Shown: positions 61,198 to 64,000 of the stretch, in pieces
Numbering within the stretch: the stretch's first letter is position 1
How the letters are laid out: every line of letters begins with the position of its first letter
DNA from: Vicinamibacterales bacterium
GTDB taxonomy: Bacteria > Acidobacteriota > Vicinamibacteria > Vicinamibacterales > UBA2999
Length of the DNA: 64,000 nucleotides
Assembly (NCBI GenBank): GCA_041394705.1
Contig: JAWKHS010000022.1
Coordinates: 17,299 to 81,298, forward strand
Reading direction: 5' to 3'
Notes under the pieces: model-generated
Told to the model about the DNA's origin: nothing
The model's input: the letters and a program-made list of their open reading frames with translations, nothing else
Database searches by the model: none
Made by a program: the position numbers and the translations under genes

Positions 61198-61707
61198 GTG
61201 TTCACGTCAATCGAGACGTCGTGGCTGACCGTGTCGGGGCTGCTGGCCGCGCCCGTCGCGGCCGTCCTGGGCGTGGCGAGCGCGCAGCCGCCGGACGACG
61301 CCGCGGCCATCCGCGCCGCGCGCGCCGCGTCGAACGCCGCAATCGCCGCGCACGACGTGGCCGGCATCGCCCGCCACTGGCTGCCCGACGTGCACATCGT
61401 CACGTCCACCAGCACGCAGGGCACGGGGCCGGAGGTGAACGGCCAGCGCATGGCGCAGCAGTTCCAGCGCCGCCCCGATACGGTCTACGTGCGCACGCCG
61501 TCGACGATCGACGTCTTCGGCGCGTGGAACGTCGCCTCGGAACGGGGCGAGTGGACGGGACGGTGGACCGAGCCGGACGGCGTCGTGGACGTCGGCGGCA
61601 CCTACCTGGCGCAGTGGCGGAAGGTGGACGGCACGTGGCGCATCCAGGCGGAGCTGTTCGTGCCGACGCGGTGCCGCGGCTCGAAGTACTGCGCCGGCCA
61701 TCCCTGA
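61198..61707 (+). CDS. Exported DUF4440/NTF2-like protein
   Basis: Start GTG 61198, with GGGAGG 7 nt upstream. A signal peptide is present. It has the AIRAARAASNAAIAAHDVAGIARHW...YLAQWRKVDGTWRI pattern. Confidence 0.75.
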   Translation: MFTSIETSWLTVSGLLAAPVAAVLGVASAQPPDDAAAIRAARAASNAAIAAHDVAGIARHWLPDVHIVTSTSTQGTGPEVNGQRMAQQFQRRPDTVYVRTPSTIDVFGAWNVASERGEWTGRWTEPDGVVDVGGTYLAQWRKVDGTWRIQAELFVPTRCRGSKYCAGHP

Positions 61708-61764
61708 CCGCGCGGCGCCGGGACGGGAGAGGCGCGGCGCGGGCCCACGCCTCCCCGTGGACGG

Positions 61765-62328
61765 CTAGTCGTTCTTGGTCTGGTTGCTGATCTGCAGGTC
61801 CCAGCCGTCGGGATCGTAGACGTGGAAGCTCCTGAAGTTGTCGCCCACGAAGTCCTCGCGCGGGTTGAGGCCGCGGCGCGTCAGCTCCGCCTTCACGGCG
61901 TCGGTGTTCCAGGGCTCGATGCCGTACGAGACGTGGTTGATGACGCCCGTCACCGGCGGCCGGTTCGCCGCCTGCGCGCCCTGCCCGGGCCCGGACGGCG
62001 TGGCGCCGCCGTCGGGGCGGCGGTTGTTGCGGATGATGATCTCGCCGACGTCGCCGATCTTCAGCGTGGCCTGGTTCCGGCCGTTGTCGTTCTTGATCTC
62101 CCATCCCATCAGGCCGGCGTACCACTCCGCGCTCTTCTTGTAGTCGGTGACGGCGTACGAGATGTGATCGAGGTGCACGGTCTTCCACGGCGCCTTGTCG
62201 GCGGCGGCGGCGGCGACCGGCGCCGCCGATCCGGCCAGGGCCAGCGCCGCGAGGCTCTTGATCAGCTGCCGCCGATCCATCTTGCCGGTCTCGAAGTCCT
62301 TGATGAGCGTGGCGATCGTCTGTTCCAT
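61765..62328 (-). CDS. Tat-signal VOC (glyoxalase/bleomycin-resistance/dioxygenase) family protein
   Basis: ORF was trimmed to ATG 62328, with AGGA upstream. Tat-like motif MDRRQLIKSLAALALAGSA. The VOC fold carries LDHISYAVTDYKKSAEWY and INHVSYGI. Confidence 0.8.
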   Translation of the reverse strand: MEQTIATLIKDFETGKMDRRQLIKSLAALALAGSAAPVAAAAADKAPWKTVHLDHISYAVTDYKKSAEWYAGLMGWEIKNDNGRNQATLKIGDVGEIIIRNNRRPDGGATPSGPGQGAQAANRPPVTGVINHVSYGIEPWNTDAVKAELTRRGLNPREDFVGDNFRSFHVYDPDGWDLQISNQTKND

Positions 62329-62454
62329 GGCAGTCCTTTCAGCGCCGGCCCGCACGGAGCGAACCCGGTGCGGCGCATTCTACGCCCAACCGGCTCGTCG
62401 GTACGCCCGGCGGCGGCGGGGCCCGGCGGCGCAGACGATGGCGGCCCACCGGAG

Positions 62455-62484
62455 TTGCCGCGGGTGCGGGACCACGCCGAGAAT
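62455..62484 (+). promoter_or_regulatory. Promoter candidate TTGCCG-N18-GAGAAT, whose -10 element ends 8 nt before GTG 62493
   Basis: It has the same -35 hexamer and spacer length as the candidate at 47120, and implies a very short or absent leader. Confidence 0.4.
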
Positions 62485-62492
62485 GACCCGAC

Positions 62493-64000
62493 GTGATCGA
62501 CCATCCCGAACGACGCCACGCCGACGGCATCCACGCCGTGCCGCGGACCGGGGCGCTCCGCCTGGCCGTCGGCGGCACGGTGCTCGTGTTCGATCCGGGA
62601 GCCCGCGAAATCGTCGGGCCGGACGGCCGGCGCACCCGCCTGGCCGCGAAGCCGTCGCTCGTGCTACAGGCCCTCGTGGATCGGGCCGGCGAGGTGGTGA
62701 CGCGCGATGCGCTGCGACGCATCCTCTGGCCGGACGGCACCTGGGTGGATTTCGACAACAACCTGAACAGCGCCGTGGCGACCGTGCGCCAGGCGCTGGG
62801 CGACTCGGCCAGGGACGCGCGGTGTCTCGAGACGATTCCCAAGGTCGGGTACCGTCTCCTCGCGTCGGTCGTGCCCGTGGTACCGCCGCCCGTGGCGGAG
62901 CCACCGGCGGCTCCAGAGGCAGGCGCGGCGGCCGCGGCGCCGCCGCGAGCGCGCTGGCGGGGGTATCCGCGGGCCTGGAGCGCGGCCGTGGCGGTCGCGG
63001 TGCTCCTGGCGGGTGCGGCGTGGTGGAGCCGCGGTCCGCAGGCCCCTCCTGCCGCATCGTCGCCGGTCCCGGCCGCGCGCGCGGCCTTCGAACGCGGCCT
63101 GTACCTCCGGGGCCGCGCCCGCGCGCGGCATGACGATGCCGCCGCCCTGGCGGACGCGCGCGACGCCTTCCACGCGGCCGTGCTCGCCGACGCGGGCTTC
63201 GCGGACGCGTTCGCCGAGGAGGCCGACACGCTGGTCGACATGAGCTTCGCGGGCGGGCGGCCCTTCGTCCAGGGCATGCGCGAGGCGCGCGTCGCGGCCG
63301 GCCGGGCGCTGGCGCTCGATCCCGGGAACAAGGTCGCCGCGCGCGTGACGGGCACGACGACCCTTTTTCTGGAGTGGGACTTCGCCGCCGCGCGCCAGTG
63401 GCTGGACCGCTCGGCCGCCAGCGGCGAGGACGCCCGCACGGCGATGGCGATGGCGACGTGGCTCGCGGCCGCCGGCGACGCGGCCGGAGCGGTCGAGGCC
63501 GCCGAGCGGGCGGTCGCCCTCGATCCGGCCGCCTGGTACGTCCGCGCGGACCTGGCGATGTTCTACCTGGCGGCGGACCGGCCCGCCGACGCGGCGGAGA
63601 GCGCGCGACAGGTGCTGCAGGTGGAACCGGCGTTCGCCCCGGCGCACGCCTACGCGCTCATCGCCTGCGAGCGGCAGGGCCGGCTGTCGGACGCGGCGGA
63701 CCACGCGCGAGCCCTGCTTCGCGCGAGCGGCGCCGGGATGGAGGACGTGACGCGCATCACCGGGCTCGACGATTTGGGCGCCGTGGCCGCGTGGCGCGCG
63801 TGGGATCTCGCCCGTCTCGAGCGGGCCGCCGAGGGCCGGCGGGCCGACTACGCCCTGCCGCTGGCCCTGCGCCTGGCCGCCGCCGGTGACCACGCCGGCG
63901 CCATCACGGCCCTTCGCGACGCGCTGGACCACGGGCAGGCGCTGCTCGTGTTCCTGCGCGCGTACCCCGAGCTGGCCGGGCTGCACGGACGGCCCGACTT
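62493..64000 (+). CDS. CadC-like regulator: winged-helix DNA-binding domain, one TM helix, TPR-like C-terminal region (3' end outside window)
   Basis: This ORF is not in the track because the frame stays open to the window end. The frame opens after TGA 62484-62486, and GTG 62493 is the first start. The wHTH reads LVLQALVDRAGEVVTRDALRRILWPDGTWVDFDNNLNSAVATVRQALGD...IPKVGYRL. The TM helix is AAVAVAVLLAGAAWW. TPR-like repeats follow. Confidence 0.8.
   Translation, partial: MIDHPERRHADGIHAVPRTGALRLAVGGTVLVFDPGAREIVGPDGRRTRLAAKPSLVLQALVDRAGEVVTRDALRRILWPDGTWVDFDNNLNSAVATVRQALGDSARDARCLETIPKVGYRLLASVVPVVPPPVAEPPAAPEAGAAAAAPPRARWRGYPRAWSAAVAVAVLLAGAAWWSRGPQAPPAASSPVPAARAAFERGLYLRGRARARHDDAAALADARDAFHAAVLADAGFADAFAEEADTLVDMSFAGGRPFVQGMREARVAAGRALALDPGNKVAARVTGTTTLFLEWDFAAARQWLDRSAASGEDARTAMAMATWLAAAGDAAGAVEAAERAVALDPAAWYVRADLAMFYLAADRPADAAESARQVLQVEPAFAPAHAYALIACERQGRLSDAADHARALLRASGAGMEDVTRITGLDDLGAVAAWRAWDLARLERAAEGRRADYALPLALRLAAAGDHAGAITALRDALDHGQALLVFLRAYPELAGLHGRPD

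Noticed and set aside
1-64000. A search by eye for CRISPR arrays, tRNA/rRNA genes, IS elements, integrases, phage or conjugation genes, toxin-antitoxin pairs and known defence systems.
   Set aside because: I saw no regularly spaced direct repeats, no low-GC structured RNA genes, and no transposase, recombinase, nuclease or ATPase signatures typical of these elements. A computational scan (tRNAscan-SE, Infernal, ISEScan, DefenseFinder/PADLOC) would be needed to be definitive.

Overview
This is a densely coding, very GC-rich chromosomal segment (roughly 70% GC by eye, with strong G/C third-codon-position bias). I can support 52 protein-coding genes on both strands, two of them cut by the window edges, plus one or two probable gene remnants. 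I found no rRNA, tRNA, CRISPR array, transposase, integrase or phage gene. Most long Arg/Pro/Ala-rich ORFs in the six-frame track are shadow ORFs of the real genes. Gene content is dominated by four groups. The first is exported and envelope proteins: NHL, BNR/sortilin and other beta-propellers, Fn3-like repeat proteins, and DUF481/DUF2490/DUF5916-type outer-membrane barrels. The second is hydrolases: amidohydrolases, S9 and M28 peptidases, and class-C-like serine hydrolases. The remaining two are small redox modules and regulators. Together with bacillithiol genes, this suggests a soil Acidobacteriota/Gemmatimonadota-like genome, which is inference only. The most notable observations are: (1) A catalytically intact C39-like cysteine peptidase is fused to TPR, POTRA and an Omp85-type barrel. 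It sits next to a small signal-peptide protein with a Gly-Gly motif just before its C-terminal membrane anchor. (2) A regB-regA-cytochrome c-PCuAC-SCO(senC) cluster carries GCGAC-N5-GTCGC palindromes that fit the RegR/RegA box upstream of both transcription units. (3) An orphan multi-pass membrane protein combines an unassigned Rossmann-like domain with a C-terminal TM2 domain. (4) A lower-GC patch contains a 0.7 kb non-coding or decayed spacer with complementary G- and C-tracts, followed by a secreted fascin-like beta-trefoil protein with a CxxC pair in every subrepeat. (5) Several leaderless-type promoter/start arrangements are present. No canonical defence or mobile system is recognisable. 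All novelty claims here are hypotheses that need HMM or structure searches.
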